Assembly: GCF_009914755.1 (NCBI RefSeq)
Contig: NC_060930.1
Source of the DNA: the human T2T-CHM13v2.0 reference genome, Homo sapiens
Length of the DNA: 64,000 nt
Strand: one strand, 5' to 3'
The notes under the pieces are model-generated. The model was not told the origin of the DNA and made no database searches. It worked only from the letters and a program-made list of their open reading frames with translations. The translations under genes were made by a program, and so were the position numbers. Below are positions 19,450-31,285 of this stretch, one piece after another; the stretch's first letter is position 1, and every line of letters starts with the position of its first letter.

Positions 19450-19534
19450 CTTCTAGTATCATCAAACTCTGTATAGTCAGTGATGCCTCCCCCGACGAAG
19501 TTAACTGTTCTAACAATGATCTTCCAAGTTAAAA
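19450..19534 (-). other. Candidate 85-nt internal exon
   Basis: Minus-strand acceptor ATTTCCCATGTTTCAAAAG| (moderate) and consensus donor AAG|GTAAGT; non-repeat sequence. Confidence 0.35.
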
Positions 19535-19890
19535 CTTTTGAAACATGGGAAATACATTTTATCCTGGGTGTGAAACCTTTATCACATTAAAGTTGGGAGA
19601 CATTTGTCATTAACGATATTTAGAATTTCTACCCCCACCATTGCAGAGCTATGTTTCCTATTGTCTGAACCCTGCATGCAGAGCAGGAAGCTCATTTTCT
19701 TGTGGTTGAGCAAAAATGAAGGTTCTTAGTGGAGATAAGTAGGTTTTCCTTTTCAGTATAGAAATAAATAACAGTAGTAAATAAATTGAGAGGAGGAAGT
19801 GAAGCCAAGAATGAACTCAGGAGATGCCACTGTGCCCAGGTGTGCCCTTGAGGAGGAGGGACAAGGGGTCATAGCCTCAGGACTTCTTAC

Positions 19891-19956
19891 CTGTTGGCAG
19901 GGAGGGATGCTCATGTGGCTTCATTAACTGTTCTTTCTTGGGTAGAAGGAACAGGT
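19891..19956 (-). other. Candidate 66-nt internal exon
   Basis: Minus-strand acceptor CTGAAGTTCTTTTTTCCATACACAG| and donor CAG|GTAAGA; non-repeat sequence. Confidence 0.4.
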
Positions 19957-21353
19957 CTGTGTATGGAAAAAAGAACTTCAGAATTTGTTTTTGTTCCCCC
20001 TCTGTTACATCTGTGCCTCTGATTTCTGCCACAACCGATGTGTACGCATTCCCTTTCTCCATCACTGAGCTTCAGTTTGGTTGTATGCTCCAAGATTGCT
20101 TAAAAGACTTTCAATGAACCTAATTCTATTCTCTCCTAAAGCATCTCTTTGAATAACCGTTTAAAGGAGCTTACAGCCTTATTATAGCAGAAAGCCATTG
20201 TTGGTGAATTCAACAAGGTGGGAGACCACTGTGTTTGTTTCAGTAGTGCAGGGCGGTGGTGTTAAGCCCCTGGAAGGCACTGAGCTCTACACTGGTGCAG
20301 GCTAAGGAGAAAAGATTAGGAGCTGGGCTTGAGAGCTGCTCTTCTGGGTCCTTGCAGCGTGCGCTCACAGCAGGCAGTGGAAGTGTTATGTCTACTCCTG
20401 GGCAGAGGGGCCGTGGCCCTGGCTGCAGGTATTTCTGGTAAATGCAGGTTTGAGGGCATGAGGATGATGCTTTGAGCTTCCTCTGAATGTTTCTTTCCGC
20501 TTAGCTAACATAAATGTTACACATTCCAAACTTTTATAATAGAATGAGTGGGAGACATTGGCAGTTGTCAATAAAACAATTGTCTATGGTACTCCTTATG
20601 TAACAAACTGGATTTTTAAAACTTATTTATCTTAAATTTTATAATATTTTAACCTGTGGTTTTTCCCTCTCAAGACATCCAAATGGCTAAAAAATCTATG
20701 AGCAAATTATTCAATCAGTCAATAACATTAAAAAAAGTACACATTTTAAACCCCTTTTTATGGTAAATATGTAAAATGCCAAAGCACACCGTGTCTTGAC
20801 TTGTATGTTCGGTTGGGATTTATATGCAACTTTTAAAAAGTGTAAAGAAAAGCAGTTTTTCTTTTCTAAACTTTCTTCTCAGTTAGGTTCTGCAAAACGC
20901 TCCCCCAATTCTCATGAAGTCTAACAGCTGCTATTAAAGCTTACTTTACATGCATGTAGTTAGCAGATATGTTGAAAACGTTTAACAAGTTAAAATGCCA
21001 GATATAGTTAGCATTTGTAATTACAAGTATTTTATTTCTCCATAAATAATTCCAGGATTGATTAAGTATAAGGTGACACTAGCCAGTTTTTGGTCTTTGT
21101 TTTTTTTTCTCACGATCCTCAACCTTCTTTCTTTTTCCTTGATTTCCTTATTGTCTTTCACCAGTATTTCCTAGTTCCATTCCTTTTTCTTGACTTTGTT
21201 CTTTTCTATATTCTTTCCTTTCCCAATTTTTCCTCTGCTTTTTAATTTTCTAGTTTCCTTTTTCCCTGTTTTTTTATTGTTACTTTTCTTTCTCCTTTGT
21301 TGTATCTTAAAAGAAGGAAGAAATAAACTGTCCACCAGAGGGCAATCTGATCC

Positions 21354-21360
21354 TGCGCGC

Positions 21361-21454
<94 letters not shown>

Positions 21455-21491
21455 TCTCTCTCCCTCTCATACACACACACACACACACACA
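21354..21491. repeat. Compound microsatellite (GC)n-(CA)n-(CT)n-(CA)n
   Basis: Direct reading; 61-bp uninterrupted alternating purine-pyrimidine run 21354-21414. Confidence 0.95.
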
Positions 21492-24204
21492 GCCATTTTC
21501 TCTCATTTTTTTTCTTTTAAAACTTCCTTCCAGAGGAATATGATGGTTCAGAGAGTAGGTGGTAAAAAACCCTTTTATTTATAAACTCCTTTCATTATAG
21601 CTTCTGTGTGGGTGTGTAGTCTCAATGATTTGATTTGTGAAGACTCAAACTGTTGTAGGTTTGTATAAGGAGTATATAGACCCTTATTCTAACAGCCCTA
21701 AGAAAACAGTGTAATTATTTGGGGTTATCTTAGAAGCTGCCAAAATACATGGTGAAAATGAAAACTTGAGCTGTGAGATTTTGGATGTATAAGACATGGA
21801 AAATCAGCAGACTAATTTCTCGGGTGCCTTTAAATATATGTCACTCTAGCATTCAAGAATTTTACACTCTCATTTAAAAAAATGTGAAAGTCATTATTTT
21901 TCTATATTTAGCCATGAAAATGTGTAATAGGAATTAATACAACATTGAACAATCAATTTGTGATGATCCTTATGAATAGCGGAGCTACAGGTAGAGTTGA
22001 ATTCTGGTTAATAAAATACGTTTTAAAAATATGATTCCTAAGTAGTTGCAGAGTGGCTTAATACAAAGTGATTTTCAACATCTTCCAGGGCCACCTCTGC
22101 CTCTTGAGCTCGGTCCTGCCTCTGTTCTCAGGTAAGCTGCTGCAATTCTGTGAGCCTCAGTTTACTTCCTTGTAAATGGAAGTATTTTCAACTCAGGTCC
22201 TCATAAGCTCTTTATATGTTAATATGTAGTGGCAGGTCAATGTCAAGAAGAAACGGTTTGAGTCAGCTCTCTTCCTGACCTCGCTGACCTGCACATGTCC
22301 ATGTCACCTGAAAATGCCATTCTGGATCCCTCAGAGGTTTGAGTAAAGAAAAGAAATTTTCTGCATAGAAGCTTGGTGATTTTTCATCCCAAATGTGAAA
22401 GAGAGTCTGTTTTAACTTCATTATCTAATGCAATGAGAGGCAAAATGAGGGGCTATATAAATTCTCTGAAGAAGGACAGGTGGCTGGGTTGCCCACTCAA
22501 ACGCTGAAATGCTGCGGGCAGAAAGGAGAAGAGAGTTTCATGGTTTGAGTTTTAGTTTCTCAAAACCTAGGCTATACTGTGTGTTCACAAAGACAAATGC
22601 TGAATTATCCCGGTGAGTGGGCTTAAACATTTACTGGCCTGTCGATACTCTTTGTCTATCAGCTCACCAAGTTCTCAGTTTTCCATTTGCCAACATCATA
22701 AGCAACTTGGAATTACAGCTCTGTGGTGTGAGAAGAAGCCTGAAACTATTATAAAAGCTTTGAATGAGGGCTTCAACTTTTACTAAAGCTTTTACTTCTC
22801 ATTGTCTAATTTCATATGCATTAGCTGAGTCTAAAGGAGAAAAAATGTGTTTGGAGTTACCCCTATTACCTCTGAAGAAACATTTCCAGCAATAGTATTA
22901 GACCTGAACAAATCAGTAGACCTAAACCACGTGGATGGAACCATTTTTCTACATGCTCCGTTTTGCCAGTCCTGATTCAAGATATCTTCTAAGAACACTT
23001 CATGTCCCCATGCTTCTAAAAAGTTGGATTGGACTCAGTAATCCAAGGCTTGACTAGCAGTCTTTCTTATGTAATCAGCATAAACTTTGAAATGTATTGA
23101 AAGCTCCCAACGAATTTGATGGGACAGAGTATATTTAGAATTCACTAGTTTGAGATTACTAGGCTGTTAATAAATTTGGCCATTCCAATATTACATCTGA
23201 ATAAAGTAAATGGGAAAAGTATCTATGAAAGTAAATTTTCAGTTGTATTTGAATGTAATGCCCTCCTAGCATTCTTTCCAAGAATTTCAATGGATAATTT
23301 CTGCCATTGGTTTAATTTATCAGTAGATTTGATCTTTATGCCAGGTAGAATGTGACCTTTTTCCACTGCATGACTTATTCTGGAAGTTTCTGGGAAGGTA
23401 AACATTTTGGAATGTGAAATGTGGTTGGGAACTTTTCCCTGCAGAAACACCGAGTACATAACAAGTTAAAAGGTATTTTCAATTTGGTGCTGATCCAGAT
23501 TATAAAATGTGCTAAAGGGACTGAGCTCAGAATTTAAAGAGTTTACTTCTAATCGGAGTGTCACACCAGGTGCTAAACATGTTGACTCAAGTAGAAAATA
23601 GGGATCCATGTCATGAAATTTTAAAGCTAGAAGGAACCAGGATTTTTAAGTGTATTTCCACATCTCACAGATGAGTAACTGAAGTCTACATAGATTAAAG
23701 CAAGCTATTCAATAATCGTAGTGATCATGCATAACATTTGGTCCTGAAAACTTTTTAGATAAATCAAGAGCTAAGATACCTAACTAATCTGTAACATAAC
23801 CACACATGCATAGTCAACTACTTCAAATATTTTTTAGGTCACTGTTTTATGGTTCAGCTGATGGCTAGTTATCCTTCATTCTATATAAATTAAGATTAAG
23901 TTTATTCAAGTAACAGGGTGGCATTAAAGAGGTATATCCTTAGTGAAGAGAGTGCTTTTTACTTGGCAATGAACTCCTTAAATATTCTTACACTAAAGAA
24001 TTTACTACAAACCCCCACATATTATTGTGATTAAATAAGACATTGATGTTAATGTATATAACGTTTCACGCTCATGTTTCAATGACTGACTTAGGTGATC
24101 ATAGGTAGCATATCTTTGTTTTAAATGGCAAGGGGTAATTATTTCTTTCGGGCACTCTACCTGCAATTTGGGTAGCTGCCTCTGGGAAGGCGATTATGTA
24201 AATA

Positions 24205-24389
24205 TAGTTGTCTCCCATTCATCAACAGCATCAGCATCACCTGGGAACTTGTTAGAAATGCAAAATCATCCAGTCCTACCTCAGACCTAATGAATCAGAA
24301 ACTTGGGAAGAAATGGTGCGAGCCCAGCAATCTGTGTTTTAACCACCCTCTATATGACGGTGATACTTACTCCATTTAAAAATCACTAC
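24205..24389. mobile_element. MER5A (hAT-Charlie non-autonomous DNA transposon)
   Basis: CAGCATCAGCATCACCTGGGAACTTGTTAGAAATGCA...GAATCAGAAACT...CAGCAATCTGTGTTTTAAC. Confidence 0.85.
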
Positions 24390-24939
24390 CCTGGGAGAAT
24401 TGTGGTGGTGGTTTATGAGAATAAAAGTCTTCTGACTTTGATATTTTAGACTCTTTTCTGCTAAATGAGTGATTTTTGCAAAGGCTCAAACAGTTTCTTT
24501 TGTAAGAGAAAAGTGTGAAAACTATGAAGACAGTTCCCTTTTCAGATTTTTAAATTCCTTCCCTTTGTTCCTTTATTTGTGGATTCAAAGACTGCTTGCT
24601 CACTGCATTCTTCTTCATATGGATATGCACAGACCCCTATGTAGACAGGCCAGGCTGTGGGGTTGCTATCCCGCATTTATTTTGCTGCTCTCCTAGCTGC
24701 TGTCTATGGCTTTCTTACTGGGAAACTGTCCCTCTCCCCTTCTGCTTCTGTGGCTGGTTCTGCTACACACAGCTCTCAGCAAGTCAAGATTGTCCTGTTC
24801 TAAGAAGCCTGCAAAGCCTTTACCCAGAGACTGGTGTCATCAAACTCCATTATTAGAATCTTCAACATTTCTTCCTATTAGTGATGTGAAATGTAAAAAG
24901 CCTTACTTGAGTTTCTTGAAGCTCAATAATGAAGCTCTG

Positions 24940-25560
24940 AAGATATAGTCGAGGGATTGCGCTAATTAAAATGCAGCTGGGTACAGAAGTAGAGGTAACT
25001 GCGGCTCGCTACGCCATGTCCCTGGTAATCAGCGGTCCCCGGTCTCCCCACAATAATTGACAGGAGATGCAGTGCTCCTGAGTGCACACACAGCGCACGC
25101 TAATGGAGCCGACACATGCTGCTCTTCCTGCCTGACTCCTCTCATTATCGACCTTGAACTGGCAAAGGTCAGAGGACGATGCTGCTTTCATCAACATGAC
25201 AGGTGTCTGAGGAGCTTCCCTCTGTAGTCTAATAATTTGGCAGTTGTCTTATCCTGTACATGAATTAGTGATCTGATGCTTGAGATATAATGGATAAAAA
25301 GAATCTGTCAGCTCTGGGCAGGGGATATAGCTCTGGGCATCTGTATTAGTGCCATCACTAACACAGACTGGAAGGTGTATGTTGTAAGGGTGCCTTTTTG
25401 TCCTCTGCAGAGAAAGAATAAGTCTGTTTGTGGCCATTACATCAAAAGAGCATTTTTCCAGAAAATTGTTATCTATGGAAAAATGTTTCACCAAGGTATT
25501 AACATTCACAAGTCAATTTCTTTCTACCAAGTACACATTGACATCTGACAGTTTTCCAGT
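24940..25560. promoter_or_regulatory. Candidate conserved non-coding enhancer-like element
   Basis: Non-repeat; 12 CpGs in 24950-25178; TAATTA/TAATTG/TAATGG homeobox cores; four TGACAG/CTGTCA MEIS-type sites; AAAGGTCA at 25164-25171. Confidence 0.4.
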
Positions 25561-25949
25561 GTGGGCATAATGATAATGATAATGAATGTTCTTTGAGAAG
25601 ACTTAAAATCAATTAGTAATATCTCCTGAGCATCCCCATGTGCTGGAGATGATTGCAGAAACTATGTGAGGGTACAAAAGAGACAAAAGGTGGTAGATGC
25701 AGTGAATATATGTGTACCGTGTTGTATACACACCACACACTGAGATATGCCAAACATAAACATATTGCAAAAAATAAAGACTGTACTCAAAGAAATATAT
25801 GTGTAAAGGGGATAATGAAACACAGCATCTTCACTTGGCAAAATCTAACAACATTTATAAGCAACATTCCAGTGAAATACCTTCTTGTGGGTGAACTGCA
25901 GACCAGAGGAGTGAATTGGAAGGGCAAATGAATGAATATAGACATGGGT

Positions 25950-26342
25950 TTTCATGCGCGGCCGTGTGAAGAGACCACCAAACAGGCTTTGTGTGAGCAA
26001 CATGGCTATTTATTTCACCTGGGTGCAGGCGGGCTGAGTCCGAAAAGAGAGTCAGCAAAGGGAGATAGGGGTGGGGCCGTTTTATAGGATTTGGGTAGGT
26101 AAAGGAAAAGGGGGGTTGTTCTCTGGTGGGCAGGAGTGGGGGTCACAAGGTGCTCAGTAGGGGAGCTTTTGAGCCAGGAGAAGGAATTTCACAAGATAAT
26201 GCCATCCGTTAAGGCAGGAACAGTCCATTTTCACTTCTTTTGTGGTGGAATGTCATCAATTAAGGCAGGAATCGGCCATCCGGATGTGTACATGCAGGTC
26301 ACAGGGGATATGATGGCTTAGCTTGGGCTCAGAGGCCTGACA
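25950..26342 (-). mobile_element. HERV-H 3' LTR (LTR7)
   Basis: Minus strand TGTCAGGCCTCTGAGCCCAAGC...CATGAAA; AATAAA at 26014-26009. Confidence 0.96.
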
Positions 26343-26355
26343 TTCCTGTCTTCTT
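26343..26355 (-). other. Polypurine tract of HERV-H
   Basis: Minus strand AAGAAGACAGGAA immediately before the 3' LTR TGTCA. Confidence 0.8.
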
Positions 26356-27385
26356 ATATTAATAAGAAAAATAAAATGAAATAGTGGTAAAGTGTTGGGA
26401 TGGCGAAAATTTTTGGGGATGGTATAGGGAGATAATGGGCGGTGTTTCTCAGGGCTGCTTCGAGTGGGATTAGGGGCGGCGTGGGAACCTAGAGTGGGAG
26501 AGATTAAGCTGAAGGAAGATTTTGTGGTAAGGGGTGATATTGTGGGACTGTTAGAAGAAACATTTGTCATTTAGAATTATTGGTGATGGCCTGGATACAG
26601 TTTTGTATGAATTGAAAAACTAAATGGAATAAGAGAAGGAGAAAAACAGGTATTAAAGGTCTAAGAATTGGGAGGACCCAGGACATCTAATTAGAGAGTT
26701 CCTAAGGAGATTCAGCATAGTCCTGTCAGCAAAGATTATTTATTTACTTCAAGAGTTAAGAGTGGCGGTTTGGGGATAGCACCAGGAGATATCAGCTGTG
26801 ATGGCTTGGGGAAACAGTGTAAACCGGCAGTGTAAACAAGAGCAGGGCATGTATGAGTAGCTGAGAACGGTGAATAGGAGTATGACTAGACAGAAGATAG
26901 AAAAGATGACAAGTTTTTTGGGGCACAGTCTAAGTTGGTCTGGTGTCTGGAATGAGACTGGGGCCTAATAAAAAGGAGCATCTATACAGGAGCTCAAATG
27001 GGCTGTACCTTGTAGCATTCCAAGGACAGGCCTGAATTCTGAGAAGGGAAAGTGGTAAAAGTATTGTCCAGTCTTTTTTAAGTTGGTGGCTGAGCTTGGT
27101 GAGGTGTGTTTTTAAAAGACCATTAGTCCGTTCTACCTTTCCTGAAGACTGAGGACTGTAAGGTATATAAAGGTTTCACTGAATACCAAGAGCCTGAAAA
27201 AATACTTGGCTGATTTGACTAATAAAGGCTGGTCTGTTATCAGACTGTATAGAGGTGGGAAGGCCAAACTGAGGAATTATGTCTGACAGAAGGGAAGAAA
27301 TGACCGCGGTGGCCTTCTCAGACCCCGTAGGAAAGGACTCTACCTATCCGGTGAAAGTGTCTACCTAGACTAAGAGGTATTTAAG

Positions 27386-28691
27386 TCAATTTGCCAGTCC
27401 TGGGCAGGGACAAATCTTCGAGCTTGATGTGTAGGAAAGGGAGGGGACCTGAACAATCCCTGAGGGGTAGTAGAATAGCAGATGGAACACTGAGAAGTGA
27501 TCTCCTTGAGGATAGATTTCCATGATGGAAAGGAAATGAGAGGTTCTAAGAGACGGGCTAGTGGCTTGTACTATAGCATAGCCTGCCTTTGCTGGTGTGT
27601 GGCGATTAGGCCTGGTGGAACTGCCATCAATAAACCAAGTGTGATCAGGATGAGAAACAGGGAAGAAGGAAATGTGGGGAAATGGGGTGAACGTCAGGTG
27701 GATCAGAGAGATACAGTCATGGGGGTCAGGTGTGGTATCAGGAATAATGTGGGAGGCCGGATTGAAGTCTGGGCCAGGAACAATGGTAATTGTGGGACTT
27801 AACAAAGAGTGAGTACAGCTGAAGGAGCTGGGGAGCAGAAAGTATATGCGTCAGGTATGAGGAAGAAAATAGATTTCGGAAGTTATGAGAAATGTAGAAA
27901 GTAAGTTGAGGATAGTTTGTGATTTTGAGGGCCTCTAAAAGTATTAGGGCGGCAGCAGCCGCTGCACGGAGACATGATGGCTAGGCTAAAACAGTAAGGT
28001 CAAGTTGTTTGTACAGAAAGGCTACAGGGTGCGGTCCTGGCTCTTGTGTAAGAATTCTGACCACACTAACCATGCCTAGGAAGGAAAGGAGTTGTTGTTT
28101 TGTAAGGGATTGAGGTTTGGGAGATTAATCAGACACGATCAGCAGGGAGAGCATGTGTATTTTTATGAGAATTATGCTGAGATAGGTAACAGATAAGGAA
28201 GAAATTTGGGCTTGACTGAAGTAATGGGGGCTGTCTGTGAAGCTTTGCAGCAGTAAAGCCTAGGTAATTTGCTGAGCCTGATGGGTGTCAGGGTCAGTCC
28301 AAGTGAAAGCGAAGAGAGGCTGGGATGACGGGTGCAAAGGAATAGTAAAGAAAGCATGTTTGAGATCCAGAACAGAATAATGGATTGTGGAGGGAGGTAT
28401 TGAGGATAGGAGAGTATATGGGTTTGGCACCATGGGGTGGATAGGCAAAACAATTTGGTTGATAAGGCATAGATCCTGAACTAACTTGTAAGGCTTGTCT
28501 GGTTTTAGGACAGGTAAAATGGGGGAATGATAAGGAGAGTTTATAGGCTTTAAAAGGCCGTGCTGTAACAGGTGAGTGATAACAGGCTTTAATCCTTTCA
28601 AACTGTGCTGTGGGATGGCATATTGGCATTGAGTGGGGTAAGGGTGATTAGGTTTTAATGAGATGGTAAGGGGTGCATGATCGGTCACCAA
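27386..28691 (-). pseudogene. HERV-H pol remnants (RT N-terminus; RNase H start)
   Basis: PINSPYHSPILPVLKPDKPYKLVQDL, YSVLDLKHAFFTIPLHPSSQPLFAFTW then a stop (no YxDD seen); WFIDGSS RNase H motif in ORF 27386..27805. Confidence 0.88.
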
Positions 28692-29183
28692 GAAGGGAGT
28701 AGAGGTATCTTATACATGTGGGTTAAGGTGGGGGATACAAGAGGAGGACGCAAAGGAGGCTTTGGATTGGGAAGAAGGGCAGCAATGAGATGTAGCTGTA
28801 ATCCAGGAATAGTCAGGGAAGCAGATAATTTAGTTAAAGTGTCTCGGCCTAATAAGGGAACTGGGCAGGTGGGGATAACTAAAAGGAATGGTTAAAAGAG
28901 TATTGTCTAAATTGGCACCAGAGGTGGGGAGTTTTAAGAGGATTAGAAGCCTGGCTATCAATACCCACAACAGTTATGGAGGCAAGGGAAACAGGTCGTT
29001 AAAAATAAGGTAATGTGGAGTGGGTAGCCTCCGTATTAATTAAGAAGGGGACCGACTTACCTTCCACTGTGCGAGTTACCCGAAGCTCAGCATCCGTGAT
29101 GGTCTAGGGGGCTTCCGAGGTGATCGGGCAGTGTCAGTCTTCAGCCGCTAAGCCAAGAAGATCTGGGAAGGAGTCAGAGAGCC

Positions 29184-30250
29184 TTAGGCCAGAGTTCCAG
29201 GGGCTCTGGGAGTGGCTGCCAGGTGAGTTGAACAGTCCGATTTCCAGTGGGGTCCCGCACAGATGGGACGCGGCTTAGGAGGAATCCTGGGCTGCAGGCA
29301 TTCCTTGGCCTGGTGGCCAGATTTCTGGCACTTGTAGCAAGCTCCTGGGGGAGGAGGTTCTGGAGGAACGCCTGGCCACTGTGGTTCAGGCATTTGGAAG
29401 TTCTTGTGTGCTGGAGATGTGGCTGGGGTTTGTCTCACAGTGGAGGCAAGGAATTGCAACTTTTTTCTATTATTGTACACCTTGAAGGCGAGGTTAATTA
29501 AATCCTGTTGTGGGGTTTGAGGGCCGGAATTTAATTTTTGGAGTTTTATTTAATGTTGGGAGCAGATTGGTAATAAAATGTATTTTGAGAATAAGACGGC
29601 CTTTTGAACTTTTAGGGTCTAGGGCTGTAAAGTGTCTCAGGGTTGCTGCCAAACGAGTCATGAACTGGGCTGGATTTTTATATTTGATGAAAAAGAGCCT
29701 AAATGCTATCCGATTTGGGATAAAGAAAAAGGAGCATTAACCTTGACTATGCCTTTAGCTCCAGCCACCTTCTTAAGAGTAAATTGCTGGGCAGGTGGGG
29801 GAGGGCTAGTCACGGAACGAAACTGCAAGCTGGACCGGGAGTGAGGAGGGGAGGTGATAAAAGGATTATAGGGTGGAGGAGCGGAGGCTGAGGAAGAATT
29901 GGGACCTAGCTCGGCCTGGCGAGGAGCAGCCTGGGGAGGAGGGGAGAGGTCAGATGGGTCTGTAGAAAAGGAAGATTAGAAAGACTCAGTGACACTTGGG
30001 GTTGGGACTGAGGGGACAGGTGGGAGGGAAAGAAGGAAGATTTGGGATGAGTTGCGCTGGGCACAGAGACTAGGGAGGGACCGATGTGTAAAAGAATGCC
30101 TGGACGTCAGGCATCTCAGACCGTTTGCCCATTTTACGACAAGAATTATTTAGATCTTGCAGGGTGGAAAAATTGAAAGTGCTGTTTTCTGGCTATTTGG
30201 AACTACTGTCAAGTTTGTATTGGGGTCAAGCGGCATTGCAGAAGAAAATA
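29184..30250 (-). pseudogene. HERV-H gag remnant including nucleocapsid
   Basis: Intact zinc knuckle CYKCQKSGHQAKEC and degenerate RPICAGPHWKSDC in ORF 29184..29480; upstream part fragmented and its boundary approximate. Confidence 0.8.
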
Positions 30251-30448
30251 AAGTGCTTAGATTTTAGGTCAGGTGAGAGTTGAAGAGGTTTTAAGTTCTT
30301 AAGAACACAGGCTAAGGGAGAAGAAGGGGGAATGGAGGGTGGAATGTTGCCCATAGTGAAAGAGGCAAGTTTAAGGAAAAGGGAGAGTAGAGACATGGAG
30401 GGAAGCGGTTCGGGGGTTCTTACCCTCCAGAAAAGCGGGAAAGGGGTT

Positions 30449-30692
30449 GGGGTGCAGAGATACGAGGTTGGGGTGTGGAAATAAGGGATCAGGGTGCAGA
30501 GATATAAGAGGTTGGGGCATGGAAATAAGGGATCGGGGCACAGAGATATAAGAGGTTGGGGCACGGAAATGAGGGATTGGGGCACAGAGATAAGAGGTCG
30601 GTGCACAGAAATAAGGGATTGCGGCGCAGAGATATAAGAGGTTGGGGTGCGGAAATAAGGGATTGGGGCGCAGAGATATGAGCTTGGGGCAC
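30449..30692. repeat. 42-44-bp G-rich tandem repeat (~5.5 units) in the HERV-H leader
   Basis: Unit approximately GGGGCACAGAGATATAAGAGGTTGGGGCACGGAAATAAGGGATT. Confidence 0.9.
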
Positions 30693-31133
30693 TTGCCCCT
30701 CCTCTAGAAAAGCGGGACTTGCCACTAAGAGTGAAGGAGAAGGGGTTGGGGGTTCCTTGCCCCCCAGAAAGGCGCAGAAGGGGTAGAGACACGGAGAGAA
30801 GGGGTTGGGGTACTTGCCCCTACCCCAGAAAAGTGGGACTTGCTGCTAAGGGTGAAGGACCAAGGTAGGCGTCCCTGCGTGGTCTGACACCTCTGAAACC
30901 TGGATGAATAATCAGAGAGGTGTCCCTGCAATGATTAAACACCAAGGGAAGGCTGCCTTCCCTAGTCCGTGACCAGTGCCAGAGTTTTGGGTCCACAGAT
31001 AAAACGTGTCTCCTTTGTCTCTATCAGAAAATGAAAGGAATTGAAATTAAAAGAAGGGAGAGATTGAAGAGTGGAAAGGTGAAAGTGGTTGAGGGACAGT
31101 GAGAGAGGTTGGAGAAGAGAGGAAAAAGAGGCC

Positions 31134-31142
31134 ACTTACTGG
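31134..31142 (-). promoter_or_regulatory. HERV-H leader splice donor
   Basis: Minus strand CAATTTCAAATCCA|GTAAGT (exon ends 31140), at the position of the leader donor used in HERV-H chimeric transcripts. Confidence 0.75.
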
Positions 31143-31265
31143 ATTTGAAATTGGTGAGATGTTTCTTGGGCTGGTTGGTCTGAGGACCTGAGGTCGTAGG
31201 TGGATCTTTCTCATGGAACAAATAGCAGGAGGACAGGGGATTGATCTCCCAAGGGAGGTCCCTCG

Positions 31266-31283
31266 ATCCGAGTCACGGCACCA
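31266..31283 (-). other. Primer-binding site complementary to tRNA-His
   Basis: Minus strand TGGTGCCGTGACTCGGAT, 2 nt after the 5' LTR. Confidence 0.95.
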
Positions 31284-31285
31284 AA

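Noticed and set aside
19877-20093. Unspliced 60-62-aa minus-strand ORFs as genes
   Set aside because: Non-ATG first codons, no homology recognised; the splice signals fit a 66-nt exon better
22089-22131. + strand 43-nt micro-exon (TTCCAG| ... CAG|GTAAGC)
   Set aside because: Within a MIR-like remnant, weak pyrimidine tract and no partner exons
27386-30931. HERV-H gag/pol/leader ORFs as coding genes
   Set aside because: Short and fragmented; RT stops before YxDD; the 188-aa ORF is a tandem-repeat artefact
31266-31283. tRNA-His gene
   Set aside because: Only the 18-nt 3' end match, i.e. the retroviral primer-binding site
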